Assembly: GCA_964394055.1 (NCBI GenBank) | Contig: CAYMWT010000001.1 | Location: 1-35,951, forward strand | Reading direction: 5' to 3' | Origin: an uncultured Oscillospiraceae bacterium | GTDB lineage: Bacteria > Bacillota > Clostridia > Oscillospirales > Oscillospiraceae | DNA: 35,951 nt | Shown here: in pieces, positions 26,394 through 34,155 of the stretch | How the letters are laid out: every line of letters begins with the position of its first letter | Position numbering within the stretch: the first letter of the stretch is position 1 | Notes under the pieces: generated by a model | Database searches by the model: none | Told to the model about the DNA's origin: nothing | The model's input: the letters and a program-made list of their open reading frames with translations, nothing else | Translations under genes and position numbers: made by a program

Positions 26394-28031
26394 TTACTTC
26401 TCGATATAGGTTTCCGCAAAGTTATAGGAGCCAAAGGATGTCAGGCTGACATTTTTGACATGGTTGCCGAAGGCAGAATAGCTGTAGCTTTGGCACAGCA
26501 GCAGCTTCAGAACATTGTCATGCAGATATTTCTGCAGCTCCGCTGTGGCCGCGTTGCGCTCCTCCACATCGGTAATGGTCTTCAGGGTCTGATACATTTC
26601 CTGAGAGGTAACTGCCTCAGGTATGGCAAGAATGTTGTAGGTGACGAAGGGATCCTTCAGCTGACGGCTCAGGTCAACACCGGCATTTCCGTTCTGACCC
26701 ACCAGCATCTGATAGTCCAGATCATTCTTCGCCTTGGCAAGCCATGCGGTACGCTCCATAGGCTCCAGGTTCAGTGTAATGCCGGCCTTGGCCATCTGGG
26801 CCTGCATCAGCTGCAAAATGGTGTTGTCCGGCTCACGGGAGATGCAGGAGATGGTAACGCTGATGCCATTGGGATAACCGGCGTCAGCCAGCAGTTCCTT
26901 TGCCTTTTCGGGGTTATATTCATTGATTCCGGCGTAGGAATCATACCAGCCCTGATCCTCACGGGAGAAGAAGGGTGTGGTGGTGGCCAGTCCCTCAAAG
27001 ACGACCTCTACGATCTCCTGACGGTCGATGGCGTAGGCAATGGCCTGGCGAACCTCCAGCTTTGACAGCATTTCATCCTCAAAGTTAAAGCCTGCCCAGA
27101 AGTTGATGTTGTAGTTGGGCTGATAGGTGGTTATGCCGTCCATGCCCATGCAGGTCAGCGCGGAGTTGGAGGAGGACTGAATGTCAATGCCGTCCACATC
27201 GCCGGATTGCAGATTGGCAACCTTCGCGGCGTCATCCGGCAGGATCTTGTAAACGATCTCATCCAGGTAAGGCAGGGGCTTGCCATCCTCACCCATACGG
27301 TAATAATCGCCGCGAGCCTTGATGGTAATATGGTCGCCTTCCGCGTACTCAGCCAGGACGAAGGGGCCGGTGCCAATGGGATTGGTGGCGAAGTCACCGT
27401 TGTCAATGTTTTCAGGAGCGCAGAGCATGAAGGAGCCGCCGGCAATCTCCGTCAGCAGGCCTGCGTCGGGAGCGGAGGTGTTAACCTGGATGGTGTATTC
27501 GTCAAGCGCGTCCACGCCAACGATCAGGGCAAGGTCGGCAGCCTTGGAGAAGTGGTTGCATTCTTCGGAGATGTAGTAGTTCATAACCTTGGCGCAGGCC
27601 TCGGCATTGAACTTGGTGCCATTGGAGTAGGTCACGTCCTCACGGAGCTTCAGCTTTAAGCCCAGGCCGTCCCCGGTGAACTCCCAGGATTCTGCCAGAC
27701 GGGGAACGTAATTGCCCTGTCCATCAATATCAATCAGGGTCTCCAGAATCTGATCCATGACATAGGCGTCTGCCTGAATATAGGTGGTGTGGGTGATGTC
27801 AAAGCCGTTGTTTGTCATGTCCATTGTTTTGGCAATCGTCAGGGTGCCGCCGCGGATGATGCCGGTATCCGCAGGCTTTGTGGAATCAATCGAGATAACT
27901 TCCTTTTCTGTGGGCGTTTCCTGTGATACGGGTGCGTCTGACTTGGCGGGAGCATTGGAACTGCCGCATCCTGTCATTGCCAATGCCATGGCGAGTACGA
28001 GAATCAGCGCGATCAAGTTTCTGGTCTTCAT
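26394..28031 (-). CDS. ABC substrate-binding lipoprotein, family 5 (OppA/DppA/NikA)
   Basis: Signal peptide with lipobox LAMTGC; PRLAESWE, KLREDV.YSNG..FNA, PIGTGPF, VRQAIAYAIDR, YNPEKAKELL. Confidence 0.95.
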   Translation of the reverse strand: MKTRNLIALILVLAMALAMTGCGSSNAPAKSDAPVSQETPTEKEVISIDSTKPADTGIIRGGTLTIAKTMDMTNNGFDITHTTYIQADAYVMDQILETLIDIDGQGNYVPRLAESWEFTGDGLGLKLKLREDVTYSNGTKFNAEACAKVMNYYISEECNHFSKAADLALIVGVDALDEYTIQVNTSAPDAGLLTEIAGGSFMLCAPENIDNGDFATNPIGTGPFVLAEYAEGDHITIKARGDYYRMGEDGKPLPYLDEIVYKILPDDAAKVANLQSGDVDGIDIQSSSNSALTCMGMDGITTYQPNYNINFWAGFNFEDEMLSKLEVRQAIAYAIDRQEIVEVVFEGLATTTPFFSREDQGWYDSYAGINEYNPEKAKELLADAGYPNGISVTISCISREPDNTILQLMQAQMAKAGITLNLEPMERTAWLAKAKNDLDYQMLVGQNGNAGVDLSRQLKDPFVTYNILAIPEAVTSQEMYQTLKTITDVEERNAATAELQKYLHDNVLKLLLCQSYSYSAFGNHVKNVSLTSFGSYNFAETYIEK

Positions 28032-28109
28032 TGTTTTCCCTCCTGATTAATATTTAAATGCAAAACACAGCCGGCTCGTCTTTTAGCGAATATGCTCAGC
28101 ATTTACAGG

Positions 28110-28182
28110 ATTATAGTATTCCTTTTTGGGCATAAAGTAAATTGCATCAAGCGGCAAATTTATTGTCCAAAACTGCAAATTT
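28110..28182 (-). promoter_or_regulatory. Activator-dependent promoter: TATAAT -10, poor -35, tandem 21-bp direct repeat
   Basis: TATAAT at 28110-28115; minus-strand repeats AAATTTGCagttttggaCAAT (28162-28182) and AAATTTGCcgcttgatgCAAT (28141-28161) abut the -35 position. Confidence 0.6.
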
Positions 28183-28234
28183 TCGAAAAATCGCAAGAAA
28201 TCGTATGATAAATAAAATTTTTCTTTTATTTTAC

Positions 28235-29923
28235 CTATGATTTTTGTATAATTCGAAAGGTTTTGGCATGATAGTCCACCTCCACCTCTATACCGTTGGA
28301 ATAGCGGGTGCGGTATTTCCCTTCCCCAAGCTTGTCATGCTGCTCCATAAACGCGTAACGGACACAGCGAAGAAGCTCATAATCCTCCGCCATTGTCTTT
28401 ACACGGGCCACGCTTTCACGCATTTGCTCGTCAGTATCGCAAAGCAGATCCTCCCGTCCCATCCAATGGCTGTCACAGAAGTTGGCGTAAAACACCGCCA
28501 GGGGCCTTCCTCCGAATTCGAAATATTTCAGGCGATGATCCGTGTCCTTCGCCGTGTAATTCAGAGTGTAGGTTCCCGGGTTATAGAGGATGATCCCATG
28601 ATAGACCAGCTGCCAGAATGGGATCGCCTCATCGCAGATGGCCGGCCCGCCCTGATTGTCCAGGCAGAAAGAGGAATAGAGGATGTAGTCAAGATCCGAC
28701 GCGGCGAAATCATAGCAGCCCTCCGAGGAAAAACCGCCAAAGGTCTCCCGGGCCAGCTTCATGATTTTTCTATACCACTGGGCTGACTCCTCCCTGGTAC
28801 ACGGATGCCTGGGATCGTAGCATTTCAGAAGCTCCAGAATGGTGATCACGTCAATATAGTGGATCCCCTCAAAGCCAAGGTCGGCGATCCGGGCCATATT
28901 GCTCTGCTCAAAGCGCTCATATTCTCTCCGGGGACAGATCTTATAAGGCTGTCCGCCTGCCCAGAGCTTGGGACGCTTATACAGGCTTCCATCCTGATTC
29001 TTCAGAATGTATTCTTCATCCCAGCAGTCCGCGATCCGGTAGGCAGCGGTTGCGTCATCGTGGCAGACAATGCTGTATCCCAGCGCCTTCCCATGGGCAA
29101 TCAGCGCTCTCAGCCGCTCTTCTCCCCCAAGCTTCGGTTCCACCGGGAATATCTGGGGAAACCGTCCATCGTGGCCGCCGCTGTTCCACCCCACAAGACA
29201 GAATTCCGCTTCTTCAATGCCCTGGGCCTTGCATTCGTCCATCAGCCTGCTTACCCTGTCAAAGGTACAGGCGGCATACATTGGCGGCTCATTTTCCGGT
29301 GTCTGCTCCTTTACCGGAGGCGGTACCGGCTTCCATCCCTGTCTGACGCGTATGTTGATGGCGTTGGCGCTTTTTTCCAGCCGCCGATCCTTTTCTGTCC
29401 GTTCCTTCAGGGGAATACACCCGTTTTCCTCGAGCTGATAGCGGCGGTACCGCCTTGCCATAGCCGAGTAATCTCCGGGTTCCAGCGCGTACAGCCGGAC
29501 GGCGATGTCCTCATAGGGGAAATCTCCATCCAACCGGAATCTGGGATAGGCATAATATACGCCGTCTTTCACACCGGCAACCAGGGAATAATCGTATTTC
29601 ATCCCGGTCACAATGGCAAGGATTCCCCGCTCTCCCTGATTCCAGCCATAGCAGCCCATGCACGAGAATATTGACACATACTCTGTGTCCTCCCGGGGAA
29701 GGAATCTGGTAAGCTGTACGCCCTTCTCCGCTTCAAATGGCAGAACAAAATAGCCGGCGTCCCCCTGCTTCGCCGTAAAGCAATCATACAGAAAGTCCAC
29801 ATGGACGCAGTCCTTCCCAATGCGCTCTCTGGGCAGCAGAAACGTGGTGTACGCCTCATGCCGCTGGCTGGTCACCTCCACAATCCTTTGTTCACCCTGG
29901 GAATATGCCAATCGTGCTTTCAT
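28235..29923 (-). CDS. Putative glycoside hydrolase, DUF5696 / GH129-GH101-like TIM barrel, no signal peptide
   Basis: GWNSGGHDG.FP..FP.E..LGG.E.L, HDD, HYIDV, FSSEG, IPFWQLVYHG motifs; AGGAGG RBS. Confidence 0.65.
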   Translation of the reverse strand: MKARLAYSQGEQRIVEVTSQRHEAYTTFLLPRERIGKDCVHVDFLYDCFTAKQGDAGYFVLPFEAEKGVQLTRFLPREDTEYVSIFSCMGCYGWNQGERGILAIVTGMKYDYSLVAGVKDGVYYAYPRFRLDGDFPYEDIAVRLYALEPGDYSAMARRYRRYQLEENGCIPLKERTEKDRRLEKSANAINIRVRQGWKPVPPPVKEQTPENEPPMYAACTFDRVSRLMDECKAQGIEEAEFCLVGWNSGGHDGRFPQIFPVEPKLGGEERLRALIAHGKALGYSIVCHDDATAAYRIADCWDEEYILKNQDGSLYKRPKLWAGGQPYKICPRREYERFEQSNMARIADLGFEGIHYIDVITILELLKCYDPRHPCTREESAQWYRKIMKLARETFGGFSSEGCYDFAASDLDYILYSSFCLDNQGGPAICDEAIPFWQLVYHGIILYNPGTYTLNYTAKDTDHRLKYFEFGGRPLAVFYANFCDSHWMGREDLLCDTDEQMRESVARVKTMAEDYELLRCVRYAFMEQHDKLGEGKYRTRYSNGIEVEVDYHAKTFRIIQKS

Positions 29924-29953
29924 GGTATCTCCTCCTGTGTGCCTTTTCGGCCT

Positions 29954-32029
29954 TTACAAACTGTGCTCCATGCGCTGAATAATATGATCCTGATACACCT
30001 TGTCCAGTTCCACAAAATATCCGCTCCAGCCCCATACCCGGACAATGAGGTTCTTGTATTTTTCGGGATGCTTTTGCGCATCCAATAGGGAATCTCTGTT
30101 TACCGCGTTGATTTGAAGCTGGTGTCCTCCCATATCAAAGAAGGATTTTACCAGCATCGCCACCTTTCGAATGCTGTCCTCGTTTCGGAATACGGTATCA
30201 TGCAATTCCATGGTCAGCGGCCCACCGTTGACCACCCGGGAAAGGTGCGGCTTTGAAAAAGACTTCAGAATTGAAACCGGGCCTTTGCATTTTATAAACA
30301 GGCTTGGGGAGTAATTGCATCCAAAGGCCTCTCCCGCGTCCCTCCCATCCGGAGAAGCCGCAAGCGCCCTGGAATGCCAAATGTAATACATGGCCGAACC
30401 CGTCCCCGCCCGGAAGATGCCGCCACGGTCATTTCGTTTTCCCTGAAGTGCGTCGGCAAAGCAATCCAGCAGCATCACGCCGATTTCATCCGCGTAGTCA
30501 TCGTCGTTTCCCATCTTTGGCGCTTCAAAGCGAAGACGATTCCGCAGAAGCGCATAGCCTTCAAAATTTGCCAGGACAGCATCCAGCATCGTCTGTCTGC
30601 TGACCGTTCTGTCCTCAAACACATATTTCTTTACCGCGGCCATGGAATCGGCGGCTGTTGCCAGCCCTGTTCCGTGGAAGCCATAGTTATTGTAGATGCC
30701 GCCCTCGGAAATGTCCTTCCCTGTGCTGCCGCAGCAGGACATCATCAGGGACAGGAAGGGAGCAGGGAAGATGTAAACCTTGCGCACCTTTTCGCACAGC
30801 TCCCGGCACCTGTCCCGAATTCTGTCGCAAACGCCCCTCCGGAACTGTTCGTAGTCTTCGCAATGGATCAGCTCCTCCTCCACTGTTTCCTGCACACATT
30901 CCGGGAAGGACAATGCTTCTATATTGGGAATGTCCATTGCCTTTCCCGGGATAATAAACTCCCAGCAGGCCGCGACCACATAGTTGCAGGCATCCTCGTG
31001 AGAATATCCCAGCGCCTCCAGGCCGGGGATGACCACATCATCATTGGAATACTGTGGAAATCCCAGCCCAATTTTCGTCAATTGGGTGCCAAGAATATAC
31101 TGCTCCAGCGTTGTCCGCTTATGTACCCGCAGATTGATTTTCGGATCGATAACATGCAGCTCCAGGCTGGCCTTCAGACAAAGCCTGGAAAGCGGATTAA
31201 AGCAGTCCTGTCCCCGGGCATCCGTACCTCCCAGCACAAGGCTCTGCCCGTTATCTCCCTGCTGTATTCCCGGATACAGGTCGCTGTCCCGATTAAAGGT
31301 CAGGAAGAACTCCTCGACAAGCTCCAACGCTTCGTCCTCTGTCAGTCTTCCTTCATCCAGATCTCTTTTGAAATAAGGATACATATACTGGTCAAAGCGG
31401 CCAATTGTATTGTGGTAATTTCCGCCGCACCACATGACAAAGTGAAGAATGCGAAGCATCTGAAGGGCCTCCGGAAAGGTTTCCGGCGCCTGGGCCGGAA
31501 TCCGGGAAAGGATCTGTGCCGTTACCCGATTCCCCTGTTTCTCCGCCAGCTGACGGTAGCGATCCGCCAGATCCTCAATCGCGTCCAGTATGGCGATCTG
31601 CATGGAAACATAGTCCCTGCAATCCGGCTTCGATTCGCTTTCGAATCTGTCCCGCAGCTTCTGAAGCTCCTGTTTCTTTGCGTCAAGCCCGCAATGGAGC
31701 AGCAGCGTATAGTCAACGCTGATGTTGCAAACTTCCCCCTTTTCATGTATCCAATGCTCCTTTTGAAGCTCTTCCATTTCTTCTTCGGTGAAAATTTCAG
31801 GGATTTTCGTGACCGTCCGGGTAAATACAATGCGCTCATCCTCAAAAATCACCGGTTTTTCCCTGTTGAGGACATAGCACAGCCGCAATGCGGCCCGGCG
31901 CGCCGGCTCTGTTCCCATGCGGGAAAACGTCTCCGCCAGCAAATATGGGTTCTCCGGCTTTTCCCGAACCTCCCTTTGAACCCGCTTGTCTATAAAGAGG
32001 TTTCGTAATTTTGCGATTCTGTCTGTCAT
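29954..32029 (-). CDS. Glycyl radical enzyme (PFL-like family), 691 aa, function unknown
   Basis: IGRFDQYMYPY, GFPQYSNDD, VAACWE Cys loop, PKMGNDD..AD, ASPDGR, HQLQINAV, NLIVRVWGWSGYF Gly loop; start moved to 32029 (ATGA overlap with activase stop, AAGGAG RBS). Confidence 0.92.
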   Translation of the reverse strand: MTDRIAKLRNLFIDKRVQREVREKPENPYLLAETFSRMGTEPARRAALRLCYVLNREKPVIFEDERIVFTRTVTKIPEIFTEEEMEELQKEHWIHEKGEVCNISVDYTLLLHCGLDAKKQELQKLRDRFESESKPDCRDYVSMQIAILDAIEDLADRYRQLAEKQGNRVTAQILSRIPAQAPETFPEALQMLRILHFVMWCGGNYHNTIGRFDQYMYPYFKRDLDEGRLTEDEALELVEEFFLTFNRDSDLYPGIQQGDNGQSLVLGGTDARGQDCFNPLSRLCLKASLELHVIDPKINLRVHKRTTLEQYILGTQLTKIGLGFPQYSNDDVVIPGLEALGYSHEDACNYVVAACWEFIIPGKAMDIPNIEALSFPECVQETVEEELIHCEDYEQFRRGVCDRIRDRCRELCEKVRKVYIFPAPFLSLMMSCCGSTGKDISEGGIYNNYGFHGTGLATAADSMAAVKKYVFEDRTVSRQTMLDAVLANFEGYALLRNRLRFEAPKMGNDDDYADEIGVMLLDCFADALQGKRNDRGGIFRAGTGSAMYYIWHSRALAASPDGRDAGEAFGCNYSPSLFIKCKGPVSILKSFSKPHLSRVVNGGPLTMELHDTVFRNEDSIRKVAMLVKSFFDMGGHQLQINAVNRDSLLDAQKHPEKYKNLIVRVWGWSGYFVELDKVYQDHIIQRMEHSL

Positions 32030-32871
32030 AATACTACGCTCCTTATGCCGTATTCCGAGAATATCTCCTGCCTGATACAAACCTCCGCATCCGGATCAAA
32101 GTCCGGGGTATATTGTCTGTTTACCATTTCGTACTTCGCGCCGGCAGCCTTGTGATATGGCAGCAGCTCAACACGCTCCATGGCCTGTGCCCCGGCCAGC
32201 AGCTGTGCCGTCTGACGGTAATTCCGCTCATCATCATTCACCCCGGGAATCAGCGGGATCCGGATCACAAACGGTTTTTTCCCATGGGCCAGGTATTGGA
32301 AGTTTTCCAATATCCCCCCATTGTCAACGCCCACATATTTTTTGTGCTTTTTCGGGTCAATTACCTTCAGATCCATGATAACGTAATCCAGCCGCTCCAC
32401 CACCGCGGAAAACACCTCGCCCGAACAGTATCCGGAGGTCTCTATGGCGCAATGAATCCCGTCCAGCCGGGCCAGGGTTTCCAGCAGAAATTCCGGCTGC
32501 GCCAAGGGCTCGCCGCCTGAGAAGGTTACCCCGCCTCCGTAGCTTTGGTAGTATGCGTTTGATTTCCGAATTCTGTCCGCAAGCGCTTCCGCGTCCATGC
32601 TTTCTCCCACAATTTTTCGCAGATGAAGCGGACATCTCTCCACACACGCGCCGCAGGCAATACAGGTTTCATTTTTACATACCCGTTCACACGCGCCGCA
32701 GGAAATGCAGGCGCTTCTTTGCACCATCAGCTCCCGTCTGTGAAGCTTTCCTTCCGGATTGTGGCACCAGCTGCATTGAAGCGGACATCCCTTCAGAAAC
32801 ACGACCTGACGGATTCCGGGGCCATCGTATACGGCGAATTCCTCAATATCGAAAATCATCCCCTTCGTCAT
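32026..32871 (-). CDS. Glycyl-radical enzyme activating protein (radical SAM, with ferredoxin-like insert)
   Basis: DGPGIR..VFLKGCPLQCSWCHNPE, two CxxCxxCxxxC motifs, GGVTFSGGEP, ETSG, IRIPLIPG.ND, LLPYH. Confidence 0.95.
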   Translation of the reverse strand: MTKGMIFDIEEFAVYDGPGIRQVVFLKGCPLQCSWCHNPEGKLHRRELMVQRSACISCGACERVCKNETCIACGACVERCPLHLRKIVGESMDAEALADRIRKSNAYYQSYGGGVTFSGGEPLAQPEFLLETLARLDGIHCAIETSGYCSGEVFSAVVERLDYVIMDLKVIDPKKHKKYVGVDNGGILENFQYLAHGKKPFVIRIPLIPGVNDDERNYRQTAQLLAGAQAMERVELLPYHKAAGAKYEMVNRQYTPDFDPDAEVCIRQEIFSEYGIRSVVL

Positions 32872-32931
32872 TGCTTTCTCCTCCTTTCACAGGCAGCCTT
32901 TTTGTTTATATACATTTTGTACTTAATATCC

Positions 32932-32988
32932 ATTATAGCATCCAAAATATTTGTAGAAAATATACCATTTCCGCAAATACACTGTCAA
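32932..32988 (-). promoter_or_regulatory. Tandem sigma-A promoter elements for the GRE unit
   Basis: TTGACA (32983-32988)-18 nt-TATATT with TG extension (32959-32964); second extended -10 TGcTATAAT (32932-32940). Confidence 0.65.
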
Positions 32989-33068
32989 TTTCTGCATCAC
33001 AGCCTGATTTCAAAAGGAAAGACCCATCTGTCAGGCTCCTGTACCCCAAAAATCCCCTTCCCTTCCAT

Positions 33069-33119
33069 AAAAAAACACCTTGCGGATCGGGCCTCAGGCC
33101 CTACGATCCGCAAGGTGTT
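33069..33119 (-). terminator. Rho-independent terminator closing the upstream operon
   Basis: AACACCTTGCGGATCG (33074-33089) / CGATCCGCAAGGTGTT (33104-33119), perfect 16-bp arms, with a T7 run at the 3' base on the minus strand. Confidence 0.85.
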
Positions 33120-33137
33120 ATTGATCTGTGTAAGCTT

Positions 33138-33392
33138 TCAGACATCTGTCCCATTTTTTCCGTGATGTATCCTGCCTCCCGCGGTGTGGTCGGTCTCAAA
33201 GGTCAGATCCGGGCCTTCCTTTATGCGAGAGGATTTCTGACGCTGGTTCAGCATCCTTGCAAGCAGCGCTTCATCCATCGGAAACGTAACACGGCTGTCC
33301 AGCCAGGCGGAAAGGTGCATCGCATTGGACAGCAGCAGCGAGCCAAGGCCCTCTTCCCCACACGCAACCAGCGGTGTTCCATGCCCAATCGC
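33138..33392 (-). pseudogene. C-terminal remnant of a second Gfo/Idh/MocA oxidoreductase
   Basis: Reads AIGHGTPLVACGEEGLGSLLLSNAMHLSAWLDSRVTFPMDEALLARMLNQRQKSSRIKE..., aligning with HIENGGPLVADGREGIRGLMLSNAIHLSGWKGETVELPIDEEAFLKLLNIRRAGSRHKE of the 34152-35315 protein; no start or N-terminal domain. Confidence 0.8.
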
Positions 33393-33399
33393 TTTTTTA

Positions 33400-34155
33400 T
33401 CACCTTGAACCCATCGTTCCGTTCCCGTATTCCTTCATCTCATGGATCAGGGCTTCCAGCGTCTCACCCGTCAGGCCCTCTGTGATAACCGGGACATTCT
33501 CCTGTCCGGCGGCAAATTGGAGCGCCGGATGGGCCTCTTCCAGGTTGGGCTTTTTCCAGTGTATCGCCGAAATCCGGCTTCCGTACAGCGCAATCGCCTG
33601 CTGAGAAATGGCCCGCTCCTTTGCATCGTCCCCCTCTCCTGCAAGGTTGCCCGGATCCAGGATCACATACAGGTTGTCTGAAGCCACATCCTCCAGCAGC
33701 CGCCGTGTTTTTTCGGGGGAGCAGATCGGATGGGCCAGCACTGTCTCCACCGCCACCCGAACGCCATGGTCTGCCCCATCCCGGGCAAAGCCGCGAAATA
33801 CCTCCACCAGGTCACGGTATACCCTTTCATCCTCCTGGAGTTTGGTGGTTCCTACGGCGCTCTCCGTGGCGATCACGCCGGATCCCAGGATTTCCGCGTA
33901 ACGGATGTGGGTATGGAATCGCTCCTGTCCCTCCTTTGTCAGGGGGTCAATATAGCAGCCATACACCGCCACATGAATCCCATACTGGTCGAATACCTGC
34001 TTCAGCTTCTGGATCTCCCTTTCCGAATACCGGAAATCCGGAAAGCTCTTGTGGGCCACAAGCTGAATTTCTCTGACCTGAAGCCGATTCAGACATTGGC
34101 AAAGCGCCTCCGGGCTGTTCGCGGCAATGTCATGTGCTCTGATTCCAATTTTCAT
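33400..34155 (-). CDS. Sugar phosphate isomerase/epimerase (xylose isomerase-like TIM barrel)
   Basis: IGIRAHD, VYGCYIDP, ATES, VAVET...HPI, VILDPGNL, IH.K, TEG; C-terminal part looks shortened. Confidence 0.8.
   Translation of the reverse strand: MKIGIRAHDIAANSPEALCQCLNRLQVREIQLVAHKSFPDFRYSEREIQKLKQVFDQYGIHVAVYGCYIDPLTKEGQERFHTHIRYAEILGSGVIATESAVGTTKLQEDERVYRDLVEVFRGFARDGADHGVRVAVETVLAHPICSPEKTRRLLEDVASDNLYVILDPGNLAGEGDDAKERAISQQAIALYGSRISAIHWKKPNLEEAHPALQFAAGQENVPVITEGLTGETLEALIHEMKEYGNGTMGSR

Noticed and set aside
29954-32029. Calling the GRE pyruvate formate-lyase (pflB)
   Set aside because: It lacks the adjacent Cys-Cys pair and RVSGY loop, and its activase has a ferredoxin insert that PflA lacks.
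2540-32080. ORF-track starts at 3703 (etfA), 11404, 19162, 21679, 22569, 25618 and 32080
   Set aside because: The extensions overlap upstream genes or lack an RBS; downstream ATGs with RBS or stop/start overlaps fit the family N-termini better.
12266-33119. Inverted repeats at 12266-12300 and 33074-33119 as transposon or MITE ends
   Set aside because: Arms are separated by only 7-14 nt, occur once, lie right after stop codons, and no transposase or target duplication is present.
32553-33485. 310-aa plus-strand ORF spanning the intergenic region
   Set aside because: It crosses a promoter, a terminator and antisense coding sequence and has no protein-like features.
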